Assembly (NCBI GenBank): GCA_037447605.1
Contig: CM074810.1
Span: forward strand, 964,880 to 1,028,879
Source of the DNA: Zygnema circumcarinatum SAG 698-1b
Lineage: Eukaryota; Plantae; Zygnematophyceae
DNA: 64,000 bases
Direction: 5' to 3'
The notes under the pieces are model-generated. The model saw only the letters and a list, made by a program, of their open reading frames with translations, did no database searches and was not told the DNA's origin. Shown here one piece after another: positions 11,401 to 27,246 of this stretch; the stretch's first letter is position 1; each line of letters opens with the position of its first letter. A program made the position numbers and the translations under genes.

Positions 11401-13043
11401 ACCACGTCACCTGCATTCCAGATGGGGGTAAGGTCTTAGGCCCACCGAATCAGCAACTCTCACAATGTACTCTTCTTTTCGAAAAGGTTCATTTTTTTTG
11501 CAGTGTATTTCATTTGCTTATTCTAGTCTACCATTCTTAACACATTCAAGGAACCCAGACTGTTTGTCTTTTTTGCAGGCTGGCATTGCATGGAAACAGC
11601 TAAGAAGCCTGAACCCTCCCTTCCTTTCAGACATCCTTCCTCTCCTCGAGCAACTGCCACCCCTTTACCAGGACCTTGCAAATGGGCGTGATCAGTTCGT
11701 CCCTTCGCTAGCGGATACCGACCGTCTGGTAAGATTGCCGATTTATTCACCTGCTGATAAGCTTCTGCATAGGACTTCTTGTCTGTCTGAACTTGTTTCT
11801 CTCCTAACTGTAAGGCTGTCCCTGCCGCTCTGTGCTTGCCTCCTTTCATGTGTTTCCTTCTCTCGTCACTTACCCAGCTCATTTATGGAGAATCTTTGTT
11901 TGTATTAAATAATGTGCATTGCCGATCTCGTACACTAGCTTGTCAGTGTCATTCCATAGGGGTGTCTCTTATGTGCCGTTTTTACTAATTTCTAACCCTC
12001 ATCCTATCTTTTCGATGTGGAAGTGGTGCTCACAGCTACAACCTTACCCCCGATTAAGTATGCTTCTGCCCAATTAATCATCTGTTTGACTTCGTGCTGC
12101 AGGCAAGGGCCTACTATGGCGTAAAACGCAACCTTCTTGTGCGCTTTGACAACGACTCCATTGACGAGTCCCTGCACCTTGCGGAGATACTTCGGCAATG
12201 CGGCAATTTAGCAGCTGGTGACATTGAGATGCGGACACTGAAGGGGGATCACGCCCGGCCTCTGCAGCAGGTGGGAATTTTTGTCTTTAAAGGAGCCTTT
12301 TGTTTCAATTGGAATCGCTACCCACTGCTATCCTTACCGGCATCCTTAATCTCCAGTCTAATCTCAGTCTAGTTGTTGTGCTTGCTCCTTAAGAGTCATT
12401 TCGTCCAAGAACCTCAATTCATGAGCATGAGCCCGGTTTAGAGTGTCGCATCAGCAAAATCATCACCCTTCAAATGGTTAAGTGTAACATAGCCATTAGA
12501 ACCGCAAGCTGCAAGCGGTGCCTGAGTACTAAGGCCCGACCTCCTGTTGAATTGAAGTGGTCTGCGGTTAAGCTGACCTGTCCCTTCGGTAGAAAATCCT
12601 GATCTTTAGTACCTTCAAGTTTTCACTTACTGCTCCTGCATCACTTACGGCTGCTGCACCTTCTCATGGTATCGTTATGTCACCAGCTGCTCTCCCCCTC
12701 TCCCCCTCTCCCCCTCTTCAGTCACCTGCTGAACCCCAGATCCATAAAACTGAAGCGGCTGCTGCTTCGTTTTGGTGGGGGGCAGGTCATCCCGGAGGTT
12801 CCGAAGGCCATGGCGGACGCCATCTCTCAGGGAGGAGCCTTCTTTGCCAACCTTGCGGGAGGCACGCCATTGGCCGATGCGGCAAGGAGCTTTGGGCAGT
12901 CATGGGGGCCCAGTATGGACGCACAGAGGCTGCGGGAGACCGTTCTGGAGGACATGGAGAGCCTCGTGGACGAGGTTGTTCCGTGGATGGGGGTGGCTCC
13001 GCGTCCTCCTACGGCAAACGGAAACAGGTGGCTGCCAAGTTGA
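8424..13043 (+). CDS. DUF1350 alpha/beta-hydrolase-fold protein, probably plastid-targeted
   Basis: Transit-peptide-like first exon. Later exons encode DCWVLMP..AVVHFIGGAFVGAAPQLTYRLFLQRL, GFVIVATPFASGFDH, PVYGLGHSLGALTHLL, YGVKRNLLVRFDNDSIDES and LKGDHARPLQQ. The last exon ends at 13043. Confidence 0.88.
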
Positions 13044-13746
13044 TTGGCATGGATCGTGGGCAGAATGGTCTGTACATATCATTGTTTCCCTAGAATGGTT
13101 TTGTAAGACGCAACGTTTCCAATTTTTGTATCAGATTTTGATGTATCATGTTTGATCGGTTTCATGTAGATGCTTTGTCCATCAGCACATTTAATTGAAT
13201 TGCAGCACATTGTTTATTTACTTATTCCATGCGAAGAACCGTTTGCACATGATAAATATTTTGTTCAACGAATGACAGCTGTGCCAAAAGTGCATCTCTT
13301 CATATCAAGGAAAAACGAAACTGTCTCAATGTGGACTGTTTGCTCTACTTATATGACTGTAACATAAATGTATCTATGTCAAACTGATTTCACTCGATTT
13401 CTCAATGTGCGCTCTTCAGCATTGTGAGCTATCAGAGTAGACATGACATGACATAACGCGACAGGGGAGAGGCACACGAAGGCCCGAGTGAGCCTCAGCC
13501 CAATTCCGCAGCAGCGACAGGCCTCCTTCCCTATGCCTCTGCAGAGCTCCATGCGTGAGCTGACCATGAACATCATGAGAGCATGCACAGTATAATAGCA
13601 AACGGTAGCTAAGTGTAGTGAAAACCCTAGAAACGCATACAAGAGATGTCTCAGTACACAATCCCAACCAGAAGGACCCTTAAACCATTCTAAATTACAT
13701 CCATTTCTAGCATCTGGTTTGGCACATGTCGCGAGCAGACCACCCT

Positions 13747-14121
13747 TCAATGTCTGCACGTTGTCTCGGAAGGCTGCTCTGCGGACTCCACACAGGCCGC
13801 CTCCTCCTCGTGCTCATCGTCCGCCTCCTCCTCCGCATGCGCATGGCTGCTGAGAAAGGTGTGGATGGCGGACCAGTAGGCGTCCCCTCCGCGCAACCAC
13901 GTGTCCATGTGCATGCCCGACTGGATGGCCACAAATCGGCTCTCCGGATTGGACATTGCGGCTGCATAGAGGCTCCGCATATGTGCTGGAGGGACCATCT
14001 CATCCAGCAGGCCTGACAGGAACAGGATGGGCCCCTTGACCTGCAAACACACACACACAGACATAGAGAGAGGAGGGAGCGAGGGAGAGGGAGAGAAGAG
14101 AGAGGAGAGAGGAGAGAGGAG

Positions 14122-14173
<52 letters not shown>

Positions 14174-14245
14174 GAGAGAGGAGAGAGGGAGAGGGAGAGG
14201 GAGCGAGGGAGAGGGAGAGAAGAGAGAGGAGAGAGGAGAGAGGAG

Positions 14246-14304
<59 letters not shown>

Positions 14305-14563
14305 CGAGAGAGCGAGAGAGCGAGAGAGCGAGAGAGGGAGAGGGAGAGGAGAGAGGAGAGAGGAGAGAGAGGAGAGAGAGGAGAGAGAGGAGAGAGAGGA
14401 GAGAGAGGAGAGAGAGGAGAGAGGAGAGAGAGAGAGAGAGAGAGCGAGAGCGAGAGCGAGCGAGAGCGAGAGCGAGAGCGAGAGCGAGAGCGAGAGCGAG
14501 AGCGAGAGCGAGAGCGAGAGCGAGAGCGAGAGCGAGAGCGAGAGCGAGAGCGAGAGCGAGAGC

Positions 14564-14594
<31 letters not shown>

Positions 14595-14608
14595 CGAGAG
14601 AGCGAGAG

Positions 14609-14706
<98 letters not shown>

Positions 14707-17700
14707 AGAAGAGAAGGGGTTAAAGCTGTCAGATTCTTCATTGCAGTCCGAAGCAAGGTTGGCTCGGCAAGTTCCAAAAAAGGGAAGAATAAATGGCTTG
14801 AAGAATTGACACACGACGGACGCTTTGCGGAAGTTTAGGTGAGCCAGAACAGGAAGGGCGAAGGGAGCGCAAGGGCACAGGAAAGGGCTGGGTTTGGGAG
14901 TCACCTTGCCAATAAGGTCGATTGTCCGCCAAGGTGATCGAACAAGGAAGTTGAGGGGTCTGAAGGAACTTGAGCCAAGAGCATGCTTCAGCCATGGCAT
15001 CATCTTGCCGGCCATGTCAAGGATGGAAGTAAATGTGTTTTCCAAAATGAGGCCCGCGACCTATTCACACACAACACAAAGAAAACAGAAGTGAAGTTTT
15101 TGGATTTTTGGCGAAAGAAGGTCCAGCAGAATAAGAGCGCCACTTGATGGCCCCGTGGAGTTAGTAATACACAATGCCCCATGGTGGCAAAAGTATCCAG
15201 CAAGGAAGATGAGATGACTGAACACTACTAATGCCTGTGAACACTAAAAAACAGGAATTAATCGCCTAGAACAGCTCCGATCAACACCCATGCTGCCTCA
15301 TGTTCGTCACATCATGCTTGAAGAATGCTGTACGGAACTGCAGACTCCCAGTCGTGTCCTATAAGTCCTCTCACATCAGCAGTTGGACGCGAAAAGAAAA
15401 ACTCGGGACATGACACATGAAACTCGCTTCATATGCATACCTTGCTGGGGTTGTCATGGACCAATTTAGTTGCCACAGCTCCGCCAAGAGATCGTCCGAA
15501 GACCACAATACGATTTGTGTTGATATCGGTACGATTCCTCAAATGGTCCAACGAAGCCTGCAGACCACCGGCCAATGAGCATTATCCCCGTGTCTCAGGG
15601 GGCGCAGCCGGGACCGAATTTCAGTGTGCACAGCCCTGCAGGGAGCACCGACCCACCAGTGTATCGCATTTTAAGGGAAATGCATATGGGCTAAGTCGGA
15701 CCATGCATGTGGTTTCAATGACGGAACGAACGGATGTTGAGGAACAAAACAGCTCCCCAAAAAACAAAGGAGAATCGAGGAGAGAAGTGGGAAAAAGCAG
15801 AAACAGTAAGAGGGGAGGGGAGGAATAGAGAGTGGTGAGAAGGCTGTGGCAGATACAAAGGCAGAGGTAGCAGAAAGGGGATGCCAAAGACGCGGGGGGG
15901 GAGGGCGGCGGAGATAATTTAAGAGAGCAAGGGCAAGGAGAGGCAGAAATTGCTACGAAGTGCATCCAAAAGCTAGAAAGGAGGTAGAAAGAAGTGGACT
16001 TCTGTTCCAATGCAGGCACAGAGAGTTGACGAGCTAGTAATACAACCTTCAATAAGCAATCTCACCAGTTTCATAGGCTACAAAGGATCCACGTCGCAAG
16101 CCTGTGGACTTGAGCATGCGAGTTCCGGCCACCCAATGCAAGTCAAGCCAGTTGTTCTGCCTATGTGCTCACTGATAGTGCAAATAGTGAGACTTTTGTG
16201 CATTTGGAAGCTAACCTAAAGGCTCACAACAAGAATCTTAAATTTAATTGCATTTTAACCCTCAAGTAATAATATAGGTCGCATGTACTGCACAAAGTTT
16301 GCAAGCAAACGTTTGCAGGCTACAAGCCTCTGCTGAAGATAGTAATAGACGCGCCTTGAATCTATGAATCTATGCTACTGGGGAACACATCCCTACCTGT
16401 GCATCCAAAGTAATGCCTCGTTCGGTTGGTGTTCCCTCACTGGCTCCATATCTGCACACTCGGAACAACAATAAATGACCTTATCTAAAAGTGAGCTCGC
16501 AGCAAAACGACAAGCCAAAGGAAGCAGCTTGCAATCTGTAGACTCAGCTATTGACATTGTAACTCCAAAGTAAGAAATGATGTGCATTACAAAGAATCAC
16601 TGGTTCAAGATAAAAAAACTGTTGCAGAACTTTCCACTTGATCTGTCTTTCACGAGGCATACCCACTAGGAGATAGTGTACTCACCCTCGATAGGACAGC
16701 ATGAACACGTTACAGTGCAGTTCTCTCATCATAATGTCAATTGATTCTAACCGGTGCGCGATGTCTGCCGAAGTAAGTTAAGGTCGGACAGGGCACAGCA
16801 ACTTCTCAGACTTTAGCAAAGAACACTGTCATAGGGAAATATATGGTGGCGGTAACAGTGATGGGAATTAAAGCACCACTCAAAGTAATTAGTGAAGTTG
16901 GAACCTGAAGGTTATGAAATCTGGACGTAGTTGATGACTTGTTCTCAAACTACCACAAACATCTAAGCTGGAACATGGAGAGATGTTCAACTTTAGCATG
17001 ACCTCAATAACTAGATTACTTAGAATTATTCAGAAGACCTATACAATTTCAGCTCAATCAAGATATAAAGGCAGATTAATTCTTCATTCTTGTCTTTAGA
17101 AAACAGCAGCAGAATTCCCTTCCTCTGCCACATGGTTCAAACGGCTGATGACTGATTGACTTCGCTCGCCTAACCTCAATTCAAGGTCGTGACCAGGATC
17201 CGAATCACATTAAATGAATGTTATCTTCCTGAAAAAAGGATACTGCCAGCATTCTCCTGGAAGAAAAGGATTGTGGGTCCTGCACAAAAGTTGATCAAGG
17301 CCAAGTAAGACTCACCACTTAGGCACACAGCATAGGTGAAAGAAGAAAATGAATGTTGTCCAGATTAAAGAATCAAGCGAAAAAGGAAAACCTCGATTGG
17401 ACTCAAGTCACGCACTCCATGTCGAAAGTCCGAACAGGAAATCTACAGGAAGCATTTTAAAGCGAAAAATTCAAATGGTCCTTCGCTTATACCTCACATC
17501 CGGCGATTGACAATGCTCAGACGATCCTTTTCTAAAAAATTGCACTTCTTCTAATTCTGATAAAATTAGGTGTGCCAAGTTCCAATTCAACAAAAAGTCA
17601 AGTATGCATAGCCCTCAATGAGTGCGTGCCACTCAGCACAAGGCGCGCAATCCGGCAAACCTGGGTCTATATGACCATGATCATGCATCACTACAATCCT

Positions 17701-18430
17701 TTCACCATGTGCATGTGTCAGATGCAAATTGTTAACACGAACATTAGTCATGTTATGGTCATTAAGCAAGCGCACCACTCTCCGCCTTAGCAAATAGATT
17801 TGACAGTTTCAAGACTCATACTAGAAGAAGACGCGTTTGCATGTCCAATCCACAACGCTACATTGTTGCTGTTTAATGTTGACCTAATGAGGCCACATCA
17901 GTCGTGAAGCGATCGTTCTACCAATATCATACGTTAAGCGCATACACAGTATCGAATTTTTTGCCACGGTATGTTACTTCAAGTGCTTAAGCATGCCATA
18001 GGAATAGTATGAACTAAAGAGTGCGAATTCCAAAACATGGTGCAATGATTGTAGCTAATCTCATGGATAGCTTATTCGTTACGCATCACACTGACATCAT
18101 TCCTGCTGCTCGACCGAAGCCAAGACTACAAGCAGCCACCCCCTCCCTTGTTCCCTGAATGCCACAGATGCTCGCTCACCATCTGAAGCGCGGGGATGCC
18201 TTATAAACCAGCCATGGAGCTTAACCCCATCCTTGGCAGTTATCCACACGTCCTCATAATCCATCCTGAGACGTGCAGGCGTGATGGGATAAGTTCGCGG
18301 GACCCCCGGCAGCACCGGCACATATACAAGGCGCTCCTGAAAGGTGATGAGAAGGATGAGTGCAGCGGCGACGATCCCCCCCGCTCCCCACAGCACGGCA
18401 GACAGCGTCCCATGGAGGTCACCGGCCATG
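13747..18430 (-). CDS. WAV2: ABHD13/BEM46-family alpha/beta hydrolase (WAVY GROWTH 2-like)
   Basis: Exons encode FQERLVYVPVLPG..KDGVKLHGWF, GPTILFFQENAG|NIAHRL..CNVFMLSYRG|YGASEG, VVFGRSLGGAV (nucleophile elbow), LILENTFTSILDMA, PILFLSGLLDEMVPP and GMHMDTW (catalytic Asp and His). ATG at 18430. Confidence 0.93.
14065..14700. repeat. Compound (GA)n / (GAGAG)n / (GAGAGC)n microsatellite inside the last WAV2 intron
   Basis: Directly visible ~640-bp purine tract. Confidence 0.97.
16765..17243 (-). other. U12-type (minor spliceosome) GT-AG intron in WAV2
   Basis: On the minus strand the donor is GTATCCTTT (from 17243). A branch motif CCTTAAC (16783-16777) lies about 10 nt before the AG. Splicing restores the conserved AG-N-IAHR. 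Confidence 0.85.
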
Positions 18431-19000
18431 GCTGCCAGCAAAACTACAGAGCCATCCCTGAGAGAGGGAGAGAAAAAATAAGGCAAGCAATGGCGTTCCG
18501 TGTGGTCAAGCAACGGTCACAGTTATAGTTCCAACTCCAGTTTGAGATAAAATCTCCGTACGGTATCTCCATGCTATATATAGCTAAACTGGTAACGGAG
18601 CTATATCCCATGGAGTTTCAGACCACCGAATCTTTTTGTCAGATCCCCGTGGGCCGTTGGGCGGCGGAAGCCAAAAGGCGCCAATTTGAGCCGCTCCCTG
18701 GCACAGGCCGCTCCAGGGGCTTATCAGCCGTCGATCTTGACCAACTTTCAACATGGGCCGTCGATCGTGCTCCTTATTTAATTTTTGATCTTTTCTGGAG
18801 CACGTTGGCCCTTGAAGGCCGCTCCTCATCATAAGGCCCTGAAGGGGAGAGAAAGCTGCGTCTTCTTGCAGATCGCCTGCAAGCTTTCGTGCGGAGCGTC
18901 CTTGGTGCGCTCTGTTCGGAGCTTCTTCTCGGTTGCAAGCCTCCTGCTTGCTTTCTTCCTTGCTTAGCTTGTGCAGAAGGTGCTGTAGCTACTCGGCAAC

Positions 19001-21238
<2,238 letters not shown>

Positions 21239-22530
21239 GCCGAAGATCAGTGCCCGATTGACTCCAATGTTGCTAGCTTGCTGTATTGCTGAAGTGATGT
21301 AGGTTGGAGAGAGCCATTTTTTACACCTGGCATCGTCTGTAATTGGATTTTTATCGTGTAACGTCCTCCTATGACCATTCTATTTCCAGGGACTTCCCTT
21401 TAAGCATGGTTCATGATAAGATTGCTCAACCTGTACTACCTTGTAGCACTTCTATTTCTGGGTTTCTGTCAACGAAGGTTCACACAGAATTGTACTGCAA
21501 CTGAATTCAAGAATAACCGTACCCTATGCCGCCTTGTTTGTTGAATCTGATTGCAGTATGTTACACTTCATTGACCGACAGCTGTTGTTGTTTCATTGTC
21601 ACTTACTAGTCGGCTGCAGCACTGTGCTTCGCGTATTGGACATGGAGCCCTCTGAAATGCCTTGCTTGAATCCGCATGTATTGAGCACAAAACATGCCAT
21701 GCAAGGCTTCAAACATAACAGGCCTGCTACATGTCTGTAACATTGAAACCCTCATCCCGGTTTGACAACCCCGCACTCCAAAAAAATGAATGTACGTGTG
21801 CACGTGAAATGCACGAATGTCCTAAAGATGCATGCTCGGGTGCGAGTGCATCGTACCAATAGCCAGACCCGTTCTCTAATCCTGCAAAGCCAAAGTCCTA
21901 GCAACAATCGACCCATAACCCATTCAATCATTTTTTAAGCAGCCTCTACAGCAAATATAATAGCAAATAGCCACGTATCAGATTGGTATCACAAATTCAG
22001 GCTTCACAACGATTTCAAACTCCCTAACTTGGCGCATTTCAGCTGACACACAAGTGTCAAGCGAGAATAAGCACAAATGTCATTCACCTCAACCCGAACC
22101 CTATCATAAAGTTTGCTGCAGTTTCGGCACCGTGAATTTATCCTCCATTGCAAGTGCCTTAAATATCAATACTTATTCAACAAGCATTCAAAATCATTTA
22201 CGTCCTTGAGCAGGAAGCAATACAAACGATTCTTAATTCTGAAAGCAGCCTTAGCACCTATCTGACCATGCTGAGCTGTCAGCAACTATCGCGATGACAG
22301 TAAGCTAAGGAGATTTCAACTTTCAAGACTCCTGATGCTCGTTACCTGCCAAACTAATGAAATAACAGTTGAGAAAAAAATATGGAGGCCAAGACATTCT
22401 GTATACTACAAGTTACACGAGCTGGCACAAAGCAGAGCACATGGATGTTAATTACACAATCTGGTGAACAGGATGAAGCCTTAAAGTGTCATCAAAGAGA
22501 AGGGGGGCCCTGTCGTCTCCCCTCGCACAC

Positions 22531-23298
22531 CTAGTTATGGTAGAAGCCATATTGGAAGGCGCAGTAAGCGCACACAAGCCGCTGCGATATATACACGAGA
22601 ACTGCAAACGAAAGACAAATCAATGTAACATCCCGAATGTCTCCTTTCTCCCGCGGTGTCACAAACACAGTCAAGTCATCCAACAAGCGGGGGACGTCTG
22701 GAGGTGACCAGTTGAATCGCCCCTGGACTGGCTGCCCTCCTTTGCCAGCCGTGTCTTTAGCCTTCTCAAGTGGTTCCATTTCAGAGCTCCCCTTCTTGTC
22801 AGGAGAAGAATCATTTGGTGGAGGGCTGTCAGAACCAGGGTCGTTGGCTCGGGCCCGGCATGACCGACCAGAGGGCAGCTTATCAACAAGGTTGACATGC
22901 CGCTGGCCGGCCTGAGACAGTCTAATTCCGAACAGAGGTTGCACATACTTGAGCTTTTGAACACTCAATTTGAATTGGGCCTCGAGACTCTGCCTTCCCC
23001 TGAAGGCGGATCTACAACTTAAACTTGTTCTTCTCGGCCAGACTCGTTCTGTTCTCACCCATTGCCTTGTTGGTCCTTGTAGATGACGACATAAACGCTG
23101 TAAAGTTGAGACTTGCCAGTCCCAACGAGCACTCTGAGCATAGGAATAGACCAGGTTATCACCACATTTCATCGATACATCAGCAAAGCTGGGCGATGAT
23201 TGGGGACGACCACCATTACCATGGAAAATAGCTCCATAATCTGTTCGAATTCGCGTACTTGGGTTGATTGCCCAGTTATGGGCATACCCGGTAGCCAT
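22531..23298 (-). CDS. Hypothetical protein with a C-terminal transmembrane segment, possibly plastid-targeted; start uncertain
   Basis: Long open frame ending in FVTPREKGDIRDVTLICLSFAVLVYISQRLVCAYC, which resembles uncharacterised land-plant TM proteins as I recall them. The basic, Ser-rich N-terminal half is transit-peptide-like. Confidence 0.6.
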   Translation of the reverse strand: MATGYAHNWAINPSTRIRTDYGAIFHGNGGRPQSSPSFADVSMKCGDNLVYSYAQSARWDWQVSTLQRLCRHLQGPTRQWVRTERVWPRRTSLSCRSAFRGRQSLEAQFKLSVQKLKYVQPLFGIRLSQAGQRHVNLVDKLPSGRSCRARANDPGSDSPPPNDSSPDKKGSSEMEPLEKAKDTAGKGGQPVQGRFNWSPPDVPRLLDDLTVFVTPREKGDIRDVTLICLSFAVLVYISQRLVCAYCAFQYGFYHN

Positions 23299-23941
23299 AA
23301 GCAGCAAACGAACACGCTAAGAAGCTGTCAGAAATTCTTCAAAAAAAAACTGGAGATTGCGAATTATGCAGGACCTTTTCCTGAAGTATCAATTGAGACA
23401 CAGAAGCTGCAACGCTCCCGCTGCTTCGCAGACCCTTTGATTCCGCGGTTGTTTTCTTTTTGAATCCGATAAGATGGCTCGTCCAAAAGTTTCGAGAAGA
23501 GCGACCCAAAGGAAGAAGCATCCACCCACGTGCCTTGCCTGAGCGGCCTCAGCAGAAACAGCCAGCTGCAGAGCTCCACCTCATCCGGTGCGAAGAAGCA
23601 GAAGCCATGGCGCCTAGCAACTGGCACCTCCTGACCTTCCCACGCGTCCTCTGCAGACCATGCCTCAAAGGCGTCCTTTGATCGTCCTCGCGTTGCATTT
23701 ACCACGTTCTCTGTTAGGGTTACTGTGACGTCAGATGTCCGCCCATTGGAAACTTTTTTCTGCTGATATTTTCTCCTCTCCTCCTGCTGCTCTCGCATGA
23801 GGTCAGGTAAAAGGGATTTGTGGGTAGTCGATAGAGTCGTGTTCCGTTGCCTATTGCCGCTTTACTGGATTGCAATCGCAAATTCTTTGCAAAAATACAG
23901 AAGACCCTTACCGTATCCCTTGAGCTACTTCTCTCTGCTTC

Positions 23942-25717
23942 ATGACCAATTTGTGCCGCAATGCAGGCTACATTAGCAGCACCACTTTTGGAGTGCCCCG
24001 CCTCTGCTCTGTCACAAGTGGACTCTCTGGAGCTAGAAATGGCGTCTTCAATAATTTTCTTGAAGTTTCGGGGGGCGTATTACAAAAGGGGAGACAGGGA
24101 TGTTTTGGATTGAAGCCGGTCAATTATCTATCGGTTGCTGACAAAGACAATTCCTCTTCTTTAGGTTACAAATTATCAGCATTCCATAAGGTTTCCTTGT
24201 TTTCTCCTTTCCCCTGCTCTGTGGGCCGTGCGCTTTTGCGCAGTGAGCAGCCTGTAAGGCTGCGAGTAAGCTGCTGCAGTAGTGAGCGGGAAAGCCGGGA
24301 GTTGCTGACTTTTGAGGAAACACAGGGAACATCTCGTCAGGAAGAGGAGATTCTAAAACGTCAGGAACGATATGAGGAGTGTGTTGAGGATCATATTCCT
24401 TTGCCGAGAAGATTTTCCAATCTCCCTGAAAGCTGTCCTTGGGGATGGGACGAGGTGGTGTCACTTATGCTTGTATATGAGTTTCTGCTACACATTCCCT
24501 TAGGGCTTGGAGGACCATCCATTGCTGTGGCACTATTCGGACAAGAATTCATGAGTCCACCAATGCTGGTGAGAAGTTGAGGTTTCGTGATTCGTGGTCC
24601 TTGAATGGCTTGTAATGCTGTTCTCCACATTGAAGGTGCAATCTCTGGTCCTAATTTTGCATTGTCTCTATTCCCACTTCATAGCTTCACTTCGGCTGAA
24701 ATGTATTTGCCTCATCGTTTTCCTCCTGGCACAAAGTCAAGCTAATGTGAGTCCTTGGTCTTAATTAACCTTTATCAAAGGTGCTGCGTACAAAGGTGCT
24801 TTGTACTAGTTTTCCAACCTCATGTGCACCGCACATGGCTGTTTGAATACCTCCAGGCGAACATTCTGGCGTTTTCTGGCACTGCGGAGCTCCTGGGTGC
24901 TGTCTTGCTATTGCGCTCATCACTGGCGGCCTATGGACCGCGGGATTCGCGTTGGTTTCATGCAGATTTACGGATTCTCGGTGGCCCACGGGGCCTCCTT
25001 CTGGCTGTGCCAGTTGGCGTAATTGTAACAGTCGGAGCCTCTATTGCCTCTCGAGTAGCACTTGAAATGTTTGTCAGCTGGCAGGTACCGTATTTTACCA
25101 CCAATGCTTATAGATTTTTGTTGCATGAATTTCAGTGGCACCTGTTGAAACGCTTGATACTTATGCAGTAACCTGGAACTTTTTTTGCGTTTATCTCTTT
25201 CAGAATCAGCATAATGTGGAGAAGAGCATAATACAGAGCTATGCTGGATTAGTCGTTTTTTATAGTTTCAAATGATGCCACGTTCAGTTACCTTGCTTCA
25301 CCAGAGGATTTCTTAAGTTTTTTCTTACTTGGAAAGTGAGCTGCCTCTTGACGCGTGAAGGGCACAGGAGTGGATACAGCAAGTCAAACAGGTATGATGT
25401 CTGCTGAGAGCTTATTCACACAAGGCCCCGCTATTTTCACCTTCCTCTTTCTCGCCCCTTGCCTAGAGGAGCTCGTGTACCGTAGCTTTTTGCTTGCGTC
25501 AATGGTCCAGAAAATGCCGCTGCTTCTTGCAGTTGGGTTAAGTTCTGGAGTGTTTGCCATCGCCCACCCATCCGTAAGTACGTGGGTAGAGCTTTGGAGC
25601 ATAGGATGTGTGCTTGGCTGCACATATGCCTGGACAGGGAACCTGTGCGCCTCCATTATTGTCCACGGAGTTTACAATGCACTTGTCCTTCTGGCTGAAT
25701 CACAGTCGATGCATTAG
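23942..25717 (+). CDS. CAAX amino-terminal protease / CPBP (Abi) family intramembrane metalloprotease
   Basis: Three exons. The last has APCLEELVYRSFLL (EExxxR), SSGVFAIAH (FxxxH) and SIIVHGVYN (HxxxN). Confidence 0.88.
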
Positions 25718-27089
25718 CAAAGCTCTCCACCAGCCAAACCGTGTTGCCACCATTCCTTTGCTTACTGAACGGATTTACCTCATTTGAACTCGCAATAGGA
25801 CTTGTTTCTATGCTGATGGCAGTGAGGAATTAGGGGAAAAAAAAACGACGAAGGGGTGAGAGCAAGTTGGACGATTTGACGGTATCTATGTGAGAAAATG
25901 AAGTGAAACCTCATCAGGTTGCTCCTGTTTTTTAGGGATTCCCATACATCACGCATCTGGTGATTCCGCCATTTGGTCCACGGCCTTTCAGCAACAAAAG
26001 AGAACAGGGAGTTTATGGGAGTCTGTAATGTAAAGTGGTCGCTAAGGGAGTTGCTACTTTTTTATGGTCCCATAAAGAAGGGAGCAGTAAGGCCAATGTG
26101 ATGATGGGTAAAGATCACATGTTGATGTTGATGCCATCATCAATTATCCTATGCCATGTGGATGTAAGGCGCCGCCAGTTTCAGGCCATGCAAGTACAGC
26201 CAACTAACTGCAATTGGTGAGAGTCATTCACGATGATGACATTGAAAGTTTGAGAATAAGAGTTTGAAGATAAAAAATCATCGGTTCCTGTGAGAGATTG
26301 TGAAAACAGTGCACGCGATATCCAAATCGCAATCACCCAATACCCAATTCGAATGAATGAAATCAGCCTGGCAAATGATTAGCTGTGACATTTTCCTACG
26401 TCACCTTGCTTAGCTGTCAAGAAGCCTGTATACGAAAAACTAAACAGGTCGAACCATTGGATTAGCCATTGCAACGGTTGAGGACCATTTATTTTGCGAC
26501 CCAGCTAACCGTTGCCAATGGTTGCACCAATGGAAACAATGGTTCCAATTTCCAACCGGTGGCGTTGGACAGTAAATCATTGACATGATGCGATCTTTAA
26601 CATGTACTTTGCCATGTACATTTGATGGCCTCGCCATCATGAGTTCAATGCCATTTTCCCTTTCGATCTTTAACCATTCCATTGATTACGAGCCATTGGA
26701 CATCCAACAGTTGGCAGCCAATGGTTGGCAACGTTTGCCGGTCCGACCTGCGGCTGTGCCGCCCTCGCGAATTCAGTACTGTACATGTACAGTACTGTAT
26801 TGTACGCGAGTTCAGTACTGTACGGTTCGAGGCCACCCGCCACGAGAGGACAATGTCAATTACGATATGATACGATACGATACGCAAAACAAGACATGTT
26901 ATTTCGATACGATACGATATATTGTACCGTGCGGTATATTCTGACGACGCGGCCTGCCCGCCCTCCCTCCGGACCCTCCCTGTCCGGGTCTCGCGCCGTT
27001 CGGCCGGCGGGCGAGCGGGCGGGCGGGATGTACTTGTCCGTACAAGCGACTTTTTAGAGTTTTAGATTCCGAACTAGAACGTTCTAATA

Positions 27090-27246
27090 GGGGGTGTCAG
27101 ACTTAAAAAATTTCAGTACGCGTGTTCGTAAGTTTGACATCAGAACGAGTACTCCAGTATAATCGCGATCCTCCTGCGGCGGAGTACTTTCGTAACCTTT
27201 TTTTTCGTAACGCTTTTCGTAAGATTTTGTTAAGTCTGACACCCCC
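27090..27246. mobile_element. 157-bp MITE with 17-bp perfect terminal inverted repeats and a TA target-site duplication
   Basis: Left end TA|GGGGGTGTCAGACTTAA, right end TTAAGTCTGACACCCCC|TA. No coding capacity. Confidence 0.85.

Noticed and set aside
13707-15045. Long (SL)n, (RS)n and (ER)n ORFs that look like SR proteins
   Set aside because: They read through an intronic microsatellite of WAV2; the flanking exons splice cleanly around it.
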